A DNA stretch of 64,000 nucleotides. It comes from Octopus vulgaris. Its lineage: Eukaryota. The stretch lies in the NCBI GenBank assembly GCA_951406725.2, contig OX597823.1, positions 30,628,001 to 30,692,000 on the forward strand, written 5' to 3'. Of the stretch, positions 1-11,859 are shown piece after piece (position 1 is the stretch's first letter; every line of letters starts with the position of its first letter). The translations under genes were made by a program, and so were the position numbers. Under the pieces are notes generated by a model. It had not been told where the DNA came from and did not search any database. It was given only the letters and a program-made list of their open reading frames with translations.

Positions 1-112
1 CAGTATCACATCTAACAAGATAAAGTAGAGCCCCAAAATAGACTAGTAACCCTAAAACTCCAAATTGAACTGCGACTAAAATCAAGGATGTTTTAGTTGC
101 ATAATGCCTATT

Positions 113-426
113 GGCTATAGGCAGTTCAGCAATTACCTAAGGGCAGTTCAGCAATTGGCTATGGGCAGTTCAGCAATTGGCTATGGACAGTCCAGCAATT
201 GGCTATAGGCAGTCCATCAGTTGGCTACGGGCACTCCATCAATTGGCTATAAACAGTCCAGTAATTGGCTTAGGCAGTTCAGCAATTGGCTATAGGCAGT
301 CCATTAACTGGCTATAGGCAGTTCATCAATTGGCTATAGGCAGTCCATCAATTGGCTATAGGCAGTTCAGCAATTGGCTATGGGCAGTTCATCAATTGGC
401 TATAGGCAGTCCATCAATTGGCTATA
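113..426. repeat. 22-bp tandem minisatellite, ~14 copies (consensus GGCTATAGGCAGTYCAKCAATT)
   Basis: Unit starts at 113,135,157,179,201,223,245,267,288,310,332,354,376,398,420 (22-bp period, one 21-bp unit). Confidence 0.95.
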
Positions 427-527
427 CAAACATAAAAGGGTAAAATTTGAACAGGCAAAAATCATTGTTATCAGGTTAGATTATGACATTTTCTTCTTTT
501 CAAACATGATGTTACATTAGTTTAGAT

Positions 528-874
528 TAGTGGTTTTCAACCAGGGTCTTTATGGCTCCTGAGGATCCACATAAAATTTCTGGGGGTCAATGTAACAAAG
601 TTGTAAATAGGGGATCCACAATTGTGTATTTTGGTCCCTTGAGAAAAATTTGCTTAAGATGTATGTATTGGTAGGTATTGCAAGAAACAGCTAAATTTCT
701 TTCTTCAATATTTTACATAGTTCAACCTACTCAAGTTAATGTTTGGAAGACAAAATAGGAATTTTGTAAGAAATCTATAAAACTAGTTTTTAAACATTGA
801 ATGGCTATGGGGGTCCACCAGAGTAAAATAGTAATCAAAGGGCTCCATAGGTGAAAAATGGTTGAGAACACCTG
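528..874. mobile_element. hAT/Charlie-like MITE
   Basis: TIRs TAGTGGTTTTCAACC ... GGTTGAGAACACCTG; degenerate 8-bp TSD gtttagat/gtataaat (6/8). Confidence 0.7.
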
Positions 875-1270
875 GTATAAATCATAAGAAGGAATGAAGT
901 AAATAAATGTGCAGAAATTTTCTTACAGCTGTTTCAAGAACAGATGCACAGATGATACATGTTGTGCAAAACAAGGAGTTCATATATCGGTGATCTTTTC
1001 CATTATCAGAGGGAGAATGGGAAGTATTATAGAAAGCTTTGACTTACTAATGTAGTTAGGTATAGAGGAATGCTAAAATGAGAAGAGTAAGGGAAAATAA
1101 GGTCACGATCCCTTGCAAGTGAGATATGGTTATAGTGCATTCTTCAATGCAGATGTGTCTTATCAGGTGACTTTTCAAAAGATACCTCATTTAATAAACT
1201 CAGTTTTGCTTGTTTCAATTATACAGCTTGTTGTTATTTGCCTGTAGGTGGTTGCTTGTGTGTTGGTTCT

Positions 1271-1443
1271 ATGTAAAAAGCACTGGTGATTGTACCATGT
1301 AAAAAGTACCCAGTACACTCTGTGAAGTGGTTAGTATGAGGAAGGGCATTCGGCCATAGAAACCATGCTAAAACAGAGCATGGAATCTGGTGTCCAACCC
1401 ATGCCAGCATGGAAGGCAGACGTTAAATGTTGATGATGATGAT
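1271..1443 (+). mobile_element. RTE-LINE-tail-derived short repeat (family D), 3' fragment
   Basis: Ends CCCATGCCAGCATGGAA..GACGTTAAA(TGA)n; the same tail recurs >10 times in the window. Confidence 0.8.
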
Positions 1444-2247
1444 ATGTGTGTGTGTGCATGTGTATAAAAATATATACAGAGACACACATACACACAGACA
1501 TGTATATGCCTTACATGCAACAGATCAACAGATTTCTCTTGTTTACTTAAATAATAAAAATAACAATAATTTAAATAACCATATCCTGTTTGTAGTCACA
1601 CGCTTTTACTAGGATACAGAATATATTAAATACAGGAACAGCAGGCTGTTTATTGTATTACAGTCACACATTGTGATACAGGCACTCCTCTTTCGATTGC
1701 CTGTGATGTTTGAACTGTTCTAATTATTTGCATCTCTTTACACTGCTGAAACTGTTTTTCTTCAGGTGTTCACTGACCATTTTTCATTACATTCCTGTCA
1801 GCTCACCAAAAGAAAGCTTAGAGTAACTCTTTAGAGACTCATTGTCCATATTTGAAGAGAGTTAGATTTTGAAATAATGTGTGTCTCGAAAAACATACCC
1901 AACCAGCAGAGGCAATGAAACGAGCAAACAAAATCAGTCATCTGTGAAGTTATAAAGATCAAAAATGATCAATATCATGAAATAGTATGTTGTTTCTATC
2001 CACACACACACACACGCACTTTTCAGTCTGAGGTAAAAGGTATGCATTGGTCTGCCTTTGCATCACTAAATCAAATGCATTTTGAAACTACAGTGCTTTA
2101 TGCATATCTTACATTAGTAGATATGCATATATGTGTGTGTTTGTGTGTGTATTAGAAGAATACAGTTGGCACTTTTCTAATATCAAAATATTGAATTTTA
2201 TGCATTAAATTAGCATTTTTTAATTAATTGGAAATGGTTTACTTTTT

Positions 2248-2508
2248 CATCATGTAACGTCCGCTTTCCATGCTGGCATGGGTTGAATGGTTTGACTGAG
2301 GACTGGCAAGCTAGACGGATGCACCAGGCTCCAATCTGATCTGAGAAAGTTAGTACAGCTTGATGCCCTTCCTAAAGCCAACCATTTCGAGATTGTAGTG
2401 GGTGCTTTTATGTGCCACCAGCACGAAGGCTAGTCATGCGGTTCTGGCAACGACCACGCTCAAAAGGTGTTTTTTTACGTGCTACCTGCATGGGTGCCAG
2501 TCTGGCAG
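2248..2508 (-). mobile_element. Family D repeat (RTE-LINE 3' tail)
   Basis: Reverse complement of the family D tail (catcat..aacgtccgctttccatgctggcatgggtt). Confidence 0.8.
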
Positions 2509-3034
2509 GGCCCAGTTAGAATTTTCTTCAGGTTGAGTAGCCCATTCTGCTCAAAACGTCCCTGAATATATATAATCGACTGGCCCCCTCCCTAAAAATT
2601 TCAGGCCTTGTGCCTAGAGTAGAAAGGATTATGATTTAGCAGTCCCCTGCCCAACACACACACACACACACATACCCACACACACACTTCCTTGGTGTTT
2701 GCTAAATCTAGGCTGGTGCTGCGGCTGTTATAAAATTGCTGAATCATCTTAGTTTTGTTTTTGTTGTTTTATATTTACTGATTCCCCCCTCCCCATCTCT
2801 CCCCTTTGGTTTGTTTTACTTTCTGTTAATTTAACATTTTTACATCGAAATGTGTTAAGAATGGGTGGGAGAGAAAAATCTAGGAACCCATAAAAATCTT
2901 TAATAATGTTAACTGGTGCCACCCAAGATAAGATTCAGATTCCCTTATTAGCTGTTGGGTGTCTCCGTCTCCCGGCATCTTTCTGTCTATCTCTCTGTCT
3001 CCCTCTCTTATTTACATATATATATATTCTCTAT

Positions 3035-3070
<36 letters not shown>

Positions 3071-3680
3071 ACTTCCTCACAGTTCAACCCATGCCAGCTT
3101 AGTAAAGGTATTATGAAGGTGATGATGATGATTGATAGAGAGCTATCAATCATTAACACTGAAACTGATTATCACTATTCTCTCTCTCTCTCCCTCCCTA
3201 TCTACCTCTGTCTCTCCCTCTCTGTCTCTATTTTTAGTGATAATCTATCTGCCTTTGCCTTCTCTCTCTCTTAACCTCTCCCCCTCCCTCCCTCCCTCTC
3301 TACCTCTGTCTCTCCCTCTCTGTCTCTACTTTTAGTGATAATCTATCTGCCTTTTACCTTCTCTCTCTTCCTCACTTTCACTTTTTCCTGCTTTCTCTTT
3401 ACCTCTGCCCACCGCACCCACCCTCCATCCCGTCTAACCCATCATGCGATGATACATTGGTTATTTACAATAACCAACTTCCCCAAATATTTTGTTTCCT
3501 CACCCCACCTCTCTTTCTCTCTCTCCATCCTTTTCCTCTTTCATCTCTTTTTATGTCTTCCTGTTTATCAAATCCACCCTGTTTGGTAACTAGGGTAGAT
3601 ATTACCAGGCAACTTACATCATTTTCACATGTCCATATATTTGTTATGTGCCTTTGATGCATATTTATACATATGTGATG

Positions 3681-4060
3681 TGGAGGTGCAATGGCCCAGT
3701 GGTTAGGGCAGCGGAGTTACAGTCATAGGATTGCGGTTTCGATCCCCAGACCAAATGAGTGTTTATTGAAGGAAAATGCCTGAAAGCTCCACCAGGCCCC
3801 AGTAGGTTGGGTGTAGTGGCGAGCCCTGCTGCACTCTTTCACCACAACTTTCTCTCACCCTTTCCTCCTGTTTCTGTTGTACCTGTATTTCAAAGGGGCC
3901 AGCCTTGTCACATTCTGTGTCACGCTGAATCTCCTTGAGAACTACGTTAAGGGTACACATGTCTGTGGAGTGCTCAGCCACTTGCATGCTAATTTAATGA
4001 GCAGGCTGTTCCGTTAATCGGATCAACTGGAACCCTCATCAATGTAACCAATGGAGTGCC
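3681..4060 (+). mobile_element. tRNA-derived SINE (family C)
   Basis: tRNA-like head TGGCCCAGTGGTTAGGGC..GGTTTCGATCCC (A/B boxes); homologous copies at 45354-45705 (-) and 40270-40558 (+). Confidence 0.85.
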
Positions 4061-4987
4061 GTAGTTATACATATGTGTTAGTATGCGTGTGTCTATGTAT
4101 GTTTATGTATGTGCATGTATGTATATTTGTGTGTGTATATCATGATCATCGTGTATATGTATAAATATGTATATATATGCATGTATGTATAAGTATGTAT
4201 ATATATGTATGTATGTATAAGTATGTATATATATATGTATGTATATATATGTCTATATATGCATGTATGCACTTGCATACATGTAGGTGTGTCTGTATAA
4301 ATGGGTGTGTGCAAGCACAAAAGGCATATTGAAGTGGTTAAGCAGTCCTCCTTGTAATCAAAAGGTCCTGGTTTCCATCCCCACTGTAGCATCTTAGACA
4401 ACTTCCTTTTATCCACCTAACTCTGGGTAGAGAGGGACTGTGCAGGAACCCTATTGGCTGAACATTTCCGGTATTTTAAAAATCCCGCTTCCTTAAATAT
4501 TGCATCGCCAATTCTTTCCATGAATTACATTAGGAGGACAAGTGAGCGTCTGTGGGGTACTCAACTACTTTTATTATAAATCTATGAGTAGATAGTTCTG
4601 TTGCTAAAGCAGAAAAAGTTCCATTTAGTTTTTTTAAATAAGACAGCTTTTTGGTTGAGTTCAATCCTGCTAAATTGGCATTGTCTTTGGTCCTTCCATC
4701 ATCAGCATCCTTGTCGATGTTATCATCATCATTATTATCATCATCATCACTGTTTTAATGTCCATTTTTCCATGCTTGCATTGGTCGTCAGAGTTCATTG
4801 AGGCAGATTTTCTATAGCTGGATGCCCTCTCTGTCACCAAGCCACACTTGTTCCTAAGCAAATGATTTTAAAGTTTTGGCCTACATGAAGGCGCCACCCC
4901 AATGACTGGTGAAGGAGTATTAGAGTTAGCTGCTACAAGGGTAAATGTGATGACTTAGATAGAAACAACTACAGAAGTATCAAACTG

Positions 4988-5170
4988 CTAGACCAAGTTA
5001 TGAAAGTTACTGAGAGGATTATAGCTCAATTGATTCGAAATAGAATTAAAGTAGATGAGATGCAGATTGGGTTTTGTACCTGGGAAGAGTACCACAAATA
5101 CCACCATCCTAGTGAGACAGCTGCAGGAAAAATACTTGGCCGAAAGCAAGCCATTGTATTTAGCCTTCAT

Positions 5171-5207
<37 letters not shown>

Positions 5208-5945
5208 CAGTAGTATATATGTATATATATATATATATAGTAGTTGAGGGAACCTGTGGAAGTGGTAGACTCAGGAAGACCTGGAATGAGGTGGTGAAGC
5301 ACAACTTTCGAACATTGAGCCTCACTAAGGCAATGACAAGTGACCGAGACCTTTGGAGATATGCTGTGATTGAGAAGACCCAGCAAGCCAAGTGAGACCA
5401 TAACCGTGGCTTATGCCAATGCTGCATAACAAGCCCATTTAAGAGTACCCTTAGATAATAAACTATGCTTGCAAAAACCTGTTGAAGCAAGTGAAATCGT
5501 TATTGTGGCCAATGACAATACCATCTGATTGGCACTCATGCCAGTGGAACATTAAAAGCACCATTCAAGTGTGATCATTGCCAGGGCCGCTATCTGGCTC
5601 CTGTGCAGGTGGCATGTAAAAATCACCATTCAAGCATGATTATTGCCAGCATCACCTAACTGGCTCCTGTGCCAGTGGTGCATAGAATATACCATTCAAG
5701 CATGGTCATTGACAGTGCCATCAGACTGGCTCCTCTGCAGGTGGCACATAAAAAGCACCATTCAAGCGTGGTTGATGCCAGTACCTCCTTACTGGCCCTT
5801 GTGCTGGTGGCATGTAAAAGCACACACTACACTCTCAGAGTGGTTGGCATTAGGAAGGGCATCCAGCTGTAGAAACTTTGCCAGATCAGATTGGAGCCTG
5901 GTGCAGCCTTCTGGCTCTCCAGTCCTCAGTCAAACCATCCATCCC
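4988..5945 (+). mobile_element. Internally deleted RTE-clade LINE: RT remnant, ORF C-terminus and 3' UTR with ~59-bp subrepeats
   Basis: Translates to MKVTERIIAQLIR..VDEMQ.GF and (frameshifted) VRQLQEKY..PLYLAF (RT), then GRLRKTWNEVVK..DRDLWR..* (RTE C-terminus); the UTR carries tandem GGCTCCTGTGC..GGCA..TAAAAAGCACCATTC units and the family D tail. Confidence 0.85.
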
Positions 5946-6260
5946 TTCAGATTGAGTTGGATGGTGAACAAAGGTGTGGAGTGGAGTGAAAGCATTTGAA
6001 GAGGCCAGGATAATGCATGTAAGACTCTTTGAATGCAGTGTATGCCAGAAGGTTTGCCAATCCAACGGAGGCCTCAAGAGACATTTTAAGATTCACAAAG
6101 AGCAGAACTTATCTGCAGCTCTTGGTGTTCCAAATCAGAGGTGCAATCTGTGTGGGTGTCTTTTCAGAACATTGTCTGGTTTAAAAGCCACATCAGATGC
6201 CATGATGGTTCTAAGGTGTAGGTACAGGAGGTGGTAAAACTCTGAATAGGGAGTAGACAA
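5945..6260 (+). mobile_element. 3' end of an RTE/BovB-like LINE with C-terminal C2H2 zinc knuckles (decayed)
   Basis: WSGVKAFEEAR followed by CSVC..GGLKRHFKIH and CNLC..SGLK with a frameshift, as in RTE ORF C-termini. Confidence 0.65.
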
Positions 6261-6506
6261 CCACCATATATATATATATACATATAGGGGAGGAAACAAC
6301 AACACAACCTCACCATTTATTGATTTATATATATATATGTATATATGTATGTATGTATATATGTATGTATGTATATATGTATGTATGTATATGTATGTAC
6401 ATATGTATGTATATATATATATATGTATACATATGTATGTACATATATATATGTGTGTGTATGTATATATATATGTATGTATATATATTATGTATATGTA
6501 TATATA

Positions 6507-6697
6507 TTTCGTTTTGGGATTTGGTTTGCAAGATTCTTTATATGAGTTCGTGTGTTGAAGCATATTATGTCAAGACTATTGAAAATATTGCAAGACGCAA
6601 CAAAAATTTTAGAAAATAAAAATAAGTGGAAATTTTACCAGTGAGTGTGTTAAATAATAAGGTACTAAAAGAGAATGACTCTCCCCAGACACAACAT
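6507..6697. mobile_element. Repeat family I (Penelope-like terminal repeat relic; inverted junction)
   Basis: Homologous to 33714-34040 in both orientations; carries a degenerate hammerhead-like motif at 6574-6612. Confidence 0.6.
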
Positions 6698-6770
6698 TAT
6701 ATATATATATATAAATATATATAAATATATATATATGTGTGTGTGTATATATATATAAATATACACATAC

Positions 6771-6805
<35 letters not shown>

Positions 6806-6834
6806 AATTTACATATAGATATATATATATATAC

Positions 6835-6873
<39 letters not shown>

Positions 6874-7454
6874 CATACATAAATGCATAGACTACATATA
6901 GAATTTTACGATTCAGTTAACGTAAATTAGAATTATAAAGCAAGTACACAGACACAAACAAAGCCATGTACATTGTTTCATGTCAGACTGTCATGAGTTG
7001 GTAGTCTTTAAATATCTGTCCTTGAATCCTCTGCTTCACCATTAACAATACCACAATGCTGGCTGACGTAAGACCCTAGGCTGTCACCATGGATCGCTCG
7101 CCTCTACTTAAGCACAGATTCCACCTGTTATCTGATTAGCACTTGTTCCGTTGAGCAGTTAATCCGCTTATCTAATCAGACGGACAAATAAGGATCAGCT
7201 ATGACTAATGATTTTATTAATCATCTGATCTTGGCTTATAAAGTGACCAAAGGGTCTCCCTGACTATTGGTCCCTAACCCAACCTGCTCTTTTAAAAGGG
7301 AGTTTATTGCTTGTCTGGATTTAGATTAGCTGGAGTTTGAATTTTTTTTTTCCTTTTCTTCTCAAATTCCATAAATTCCATTGACTTAATGATTTCTGGA
7401 CATTGTGTGTGTGTGTGTAAGTTTGTACACATACATACATACATACATACATAC

Positions 7455-7491
<37 letters not shown>

Positions 7492-7494
<3 letters not shown>

Positions 7495-8317
7495 ATATAT
7501 AAACGGCAGTTTGTCTGTCTGTGTGTCTGTCAGGTTGTACCCTCACCCTGACCACGGCTTTCAACTGATTCTGATGAAACTTGACACACACATAGCCCAA
7601 TGTCATAATTCAAAACTAACGTAGCGACAATTTTGAAAAGTTCCCCCAGTTCTGAAAAAAAGTGATAAATTCGACATGAGGTCGAGAATCTAAGCTTCTT
7701 ATATGCAACACATTTTCTGTTGTAGTTTTCGCAACTTGCAATCGATTTTCACCAAACTCATGGTGAAGCTTAATGTTACCCTAAGAAAACTTAATTCTGA
7801 CGTTAGTTTTCCATGCAATACCTTACCATCAGAAAAAATCGATAAAATCATGCCATTTTGGGAAATCGCGTTCAAATTCAAGATGACATATTTTCGACAA
7901 TATCTTTCACAAATTGGCAGGAATTTTTTAAAATTCACAGCGAGCATCATGTCTGCTCCAAGGAGCTATATGGCCCTTTTTATTCCAATAGGATACTTTA
8001 TTACTGGAAAAAATCGGTTAATTAAATCATATGTGGCACACATAGCAAATCGTTTTGTGTATTAAACACAAACCGCAGACTGTCTAGGGGACGCAACTCG
8101 ACCTTTTTAACTCTCTTGGGAGGCGCAATGATGTTTTCATGTTTTCGCCCAAAGGGACAGCTAGGAACATCGTATACACAGAAGTATTCGAGTGAAGAGA
8201 AGACATTGCAACCTACACATGCGCCTTCGTTCCCTAGGGGGAAAGGACTAGATTGGGATTAGTCGTTGCCTACTAGGGGCTCTTACATACCCGGGCAACG
8301 CCGGCTTATGCTGCTAG
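7492..8317 (+). mobile_element. Non-autonomous Helitron, copy 1 (826 bp)
   Basis: 5' TC after host A (7491); 3' GC hairpin CCGGGCAACGCCGG (8291-8304) then CTAG followed by host T; no TSD; near-identical to 11860-13003. Confidence 0.9.
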
Positions 8318-8472
8318 TGTATTTATATATACACACACACACGCATACATACATGTATATGTAGCCGTATATATACATATATATATACTAAGTATACATA
8401 TATACAGCAGTATATATATATATATCATCATCATCATATGTGTGTGTGTGTGTGTGTGCTAAGCACTTTTTT

Positions 8473-8876
8473 AGGTGCAAGAGTGGGTGTGTGGTAAGTA
8501 GCTTGCTTTCCAACCACATGGTTCCGGGTTCAGTCCCCCATTGCATGGCACCTTGGGCAAGTGTCTTCTATTAGAGCCTTGTGTCAACCAGAACCTTATG
8601 GGTTGATTTAATAGACGGAAACTGAAAGAAGCTCGTCGTATGTGTATATATATGTTTTGTATATGTTTCTGTTTCTGTGTTTGTCCCCCACCATTGCTTG
8701 AGAGCCAATGTTGGTGCGTTTGTGTCCCCTAAACTTGGCAGTTCGGCAAAGGAGACCAATAGAATGAGTACTAAGGCTTACAAAGAGTAAGTCCTGTGGT
8801 TGATTTTTTTCAACTAAAGGCGGTGCTCCAGCACGGCCACAGTCAAATGACTGAAACCAGTAAAAGAATAAAAGAA
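8473..8876 (+). mobile_element. tRNA-derived SINE (family A, CORE-like body)
   Basis: Head GTGTGGTAAG..GGTTCAGTCCC, GGCACCTTGGGCAAGTG segment, tail GGCGGTGCTCCAGCA.GGCC..TGACTGAAAC; many copies in the window. Confidence 0.85.
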
Positions 8877-9395
8877 AATACCTAGAGAGAGCGAGAGACA
8901 CTCACACACACTCGCACGCAAACACACACACACACGCACACACATATATACATATATATACAAAAGATGTAGCCCAGAGAGGCCATTAGATGTACAGCAA
9001 TGTGTATCTCAATGAACAGATAATCCACTGTCACATATCTCCTCTATTGGTATGTCTTGCTGTTGGCTATTCTGGACTTATTTTTTAATCTGACTGGATG
9101 GTCATAACTTCTCTTCCTTCACCAGGGGAGGTGGGGGAGGATTTAGTAGAAAGGGACTCATTCTATTAATTTATATGGTATCAACAGCTGCTAAACTCTG
9201 ACTTTATTATATTATAGATTTAAAGAGGATTTAAATAGCTTTATCATTTAAGATATCGGAATGTAGCAGATTTAAATGTGAACGTGCACAAATATTTTGA
9301 TGTGCACGAGCCAGAACATTCGCACACATTCATGTACATTCCTTTACTGATTTCAGTCATCAGACACCGACCATACTAGAGCAATATCTTAACCT

Positions 9396-9832
9396 TACAT
9401 TATTTACATCATTTACATTTAGTGGATATTTATCCTCATTTTGTTTGTTGTTAACACAACATTTTGGCTGATATACTGGGGTTCTCATTCCTAAGGTAGT
9501 TTTCGATGTTATTATTATCATCATCATCATCATCATCATCATTGTCATCATCATTATTATTATTCAGGTCACTGCCTGGAATCGAACTCAGAATCTTGGA
9601 GTTAGTAGCCCATGCTCTTAACCAGCATGCCATACGCCCATGGGCGTATGGCATAGTGGAGGGTATATCAGCTGAAACGTGTTAACAACAAACAAGATGA
9701 GGACAAATATCTGTCAAATGTAAATAATGTAAATAATTCCTCATCTCTTAAATATAGAACTGAATAATAATAATAATAATAATGATAATGATGATTATGA
9801 TAATAATAATAATAATAATAATAATGATTATG

Positions 9833-9875
<43 letters not shown>

Positions 9876-10045
9876 TAACATCGAAAATACCTTAGGAATG
9901 AGAACCCAGGTTTGAAATTTCCCCAAGACACCTGATGAAGGCTGGAGAGTATATCAGCCGAAACGTGTTAACAACAAACAAGATGACAAATATCCGTCAA
10001 ATGTAAATAATGTACATAATTCCTCATCTCTTAAATATAGAACTG
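9396..10045. mobile_element. Family E composite: tRNA-headed, hammerhead-bearing element; inverted plus partial tandem arrangement
   Basis: Minus copy 9396-9640 head-to-head with plus segments 9641-10045; 28-bp perfect palindrome at the junction; flanked by AATATCTTAACC duplication (9383-9394, 10047-10058). Confidence 0.85.
9927..9969 (+). ncRNA. Minimal type I hammerhead ribozyme motif (Penelope-type), 3-nt-deleted subvariant
   Basis: GACAC CTGATGA A GGCTG gagagtatat CAGCC GAAAC GTGTT: intact CUGAUGA/GAAA core and helix II, but lacks 3 nt around the cleavage site relative to the 41958-42004 copy. Confidence 0.6.
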
Positions 10046-10052
10046 TAATATC

Positions 10053-10209
10053 TTAACCCTTTAGCATTCAGAATGCTCTATCAAATGTCATGCTTATTTA
10101 TTCATTTTGCACCTTCAAAATTTCAATGATGTAATTGCTTATTTTTAGAATGACATTGTAGGGTAGGTGTGAGAGATTGGATCTGGCCAGTTTAAATGCT
10201 AAAGGGTAA
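10053..10209. mobile_element. piggyBac-like TTAA MITE (TIR CCCTTTAGCA)
   Basis: TTAA-CCCTTTAGCATT ... AATGCTAAAGGG-TAA. Confidence 0.7.
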
Positions 10210-10800
10210 AAGGATTTTTTTTGTGGTGGGGGTCAGTTATATCAGCCTATTTTGGATTTTGCAGGATACTTACCTTAATTTCATAAGGAATAAATGTGGA
10301 AACTTAAGCAAAGATTTAGACATAACTACAGAATAATATAATACCACAAGGCATTTTCAGGATGTTTCACCATCCCGTGCCAACACAGACAGAGGCTTCC
10401 TGACATCTAGATTTATTTCTATATTTCTGATTCACATTGTGTTGCTTTCTAGTTATGTGTTTCCGGGTTCAGTCCCACTGCATGACACCTTGGGCAAGTA
10501 TCTTCTAATATGATCCCTAGCTGACCTATGCATTATGAATGGATTTAGTCAGCAGAAATGAAGAAACTTCTCATGCATGAATGAATTTGTATTCCCCGCA
10601 TGTTCACTGGTTTGGAAACAATGGCTTCCTAACAGTAAGAGGCATGGTTAGGTTGTCTGATATCTGACGGACAAGGAGAGTGTTACCTCATCTGGAAATA
10701 AGTAAGTGTTGGTGACAGGAAGAACGTCCAGCTGTAGAAAAGCTCGGCCTCGATGTATTCTTGTCTGACCCATGCAAGCTTAAAAAAGTAGACTTTAAAA

Positions 10801-10840
<40 letters not shown>

Positions 10841-11574
10841 GCATACATATCTATATATGTGTACACTATTGAAAGAAAGATATGACACTGTGATTTTGTC
10901 TGAGGGAAAAGCTCTTCATAGACATATTGTGTTAAAACCACAATATATACACTGGAGCCAGATGCCCATCTTCTCAGAAGTGACTCAAAAATAACAGACA
11001 CATTTCAGCCTTAGGTATTATCAATGACTTGTACACACTTGTCATATGTCAATTGCTTAAATAAAATTCAACCCCTCTCCATAAAGGAAACTGAATAAAA
11101 TAGTCACTGATATTGGTGGAAGCTTGCTGGGCTGTAACAAACTCAGTGTATGCATTTGACACAGTATTAAATCAAAATTACTATTTGTGTATCATAAAAG
11201 TAAGTATACAGTTGCTTAAGATGAGAATGGAATATGCTTTTCATTTCTTATCCTAAAAAGGAAATAGAGAAATGAAAAAAACATTCCATTCATATTAAGT
11301 AACTGTATACCAACTTTTGCCCAACTTTTCAGTTATATACACCATTGAAAGTTATGACGCTGTGAAATTTGTCTAAGCAAAATCTTCTCATAAATATGCT
11401 GTGTTAAAAATATAAAATGTACATGAGAGCGAGGCACTTGTCATCTCAGTTGGGATGACAATGCCAGACATGTCTCAGTTTTTGTGGACATTTATTGCGT
11501 ACAAATAAACACAGAGACTCACTTGTTGTTTGTTTTTGTTGTTGTTCTCATTGTTGTTGACAGCATTGTTACTG

Positions 11575-11815
11575 TTCATAGCAACAGGTCACTCCTGATC
11601 CAGTGAGATTCAACTTTTATTTCTAGCAGGCCATATGACCACATAGAGACCACAATGCATAATGCAGCATGTTCCAGCCACAAACACATCACATCTGCTA
11701 TTCAAACATAGTCTATCAAGGACTATGCTATTTCATGTGCCCTTCCCTTTTTTTAAGATAGTAGAGTGAGGTTCGACTTTTATTTCTAACAGGCCATATG
11801 ACCACATAGAGGTCA
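11575..11815 (-). mobile_element. Short interspersed repeat family H (fragments, internal duplication)
   Basis: Homologous to 20350-20526, 39806-40020, 44645-44822 and 17040-17125; direct repeat TTTTATTTCTARCAGGCCATATGACCACATAGAG twice. Confidence 0.55.
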
Positions 11816-11859
11816 CTTTTCATGTGACATCAATGCTGAGCTGTCAATCATTCTATCTA

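Noticed and set aside
113-426. CRISPR-like array
   Set aside because: Contiguous tandem units with no unique spacers; eukaryotic context and no cas genes.
1766-1984. Possible exon (ttcttcag|..AAATA|gtatgt) of the PY-protein gene
   Set aside because: Splice-like signals are present but all frames have stops; could be a UTR exon but is unsupported.
5974-6237. C2H2 zinc-finger gene (cephalopods have large ZNF expansions)
   Set aside because: Only two fingers, no TGEKP linker, frameshifted, preceded by an RTE-type W.GV..FE..R motif and embedded in LINE debris; best read as an RTE ORF C-terminus.
7703-8065. 120-aa ORF repeated at 12072
   Set aside because: Lies inside the non-autonomous Helitron, is frameshifted in the second copy, and has no recognisable domain.
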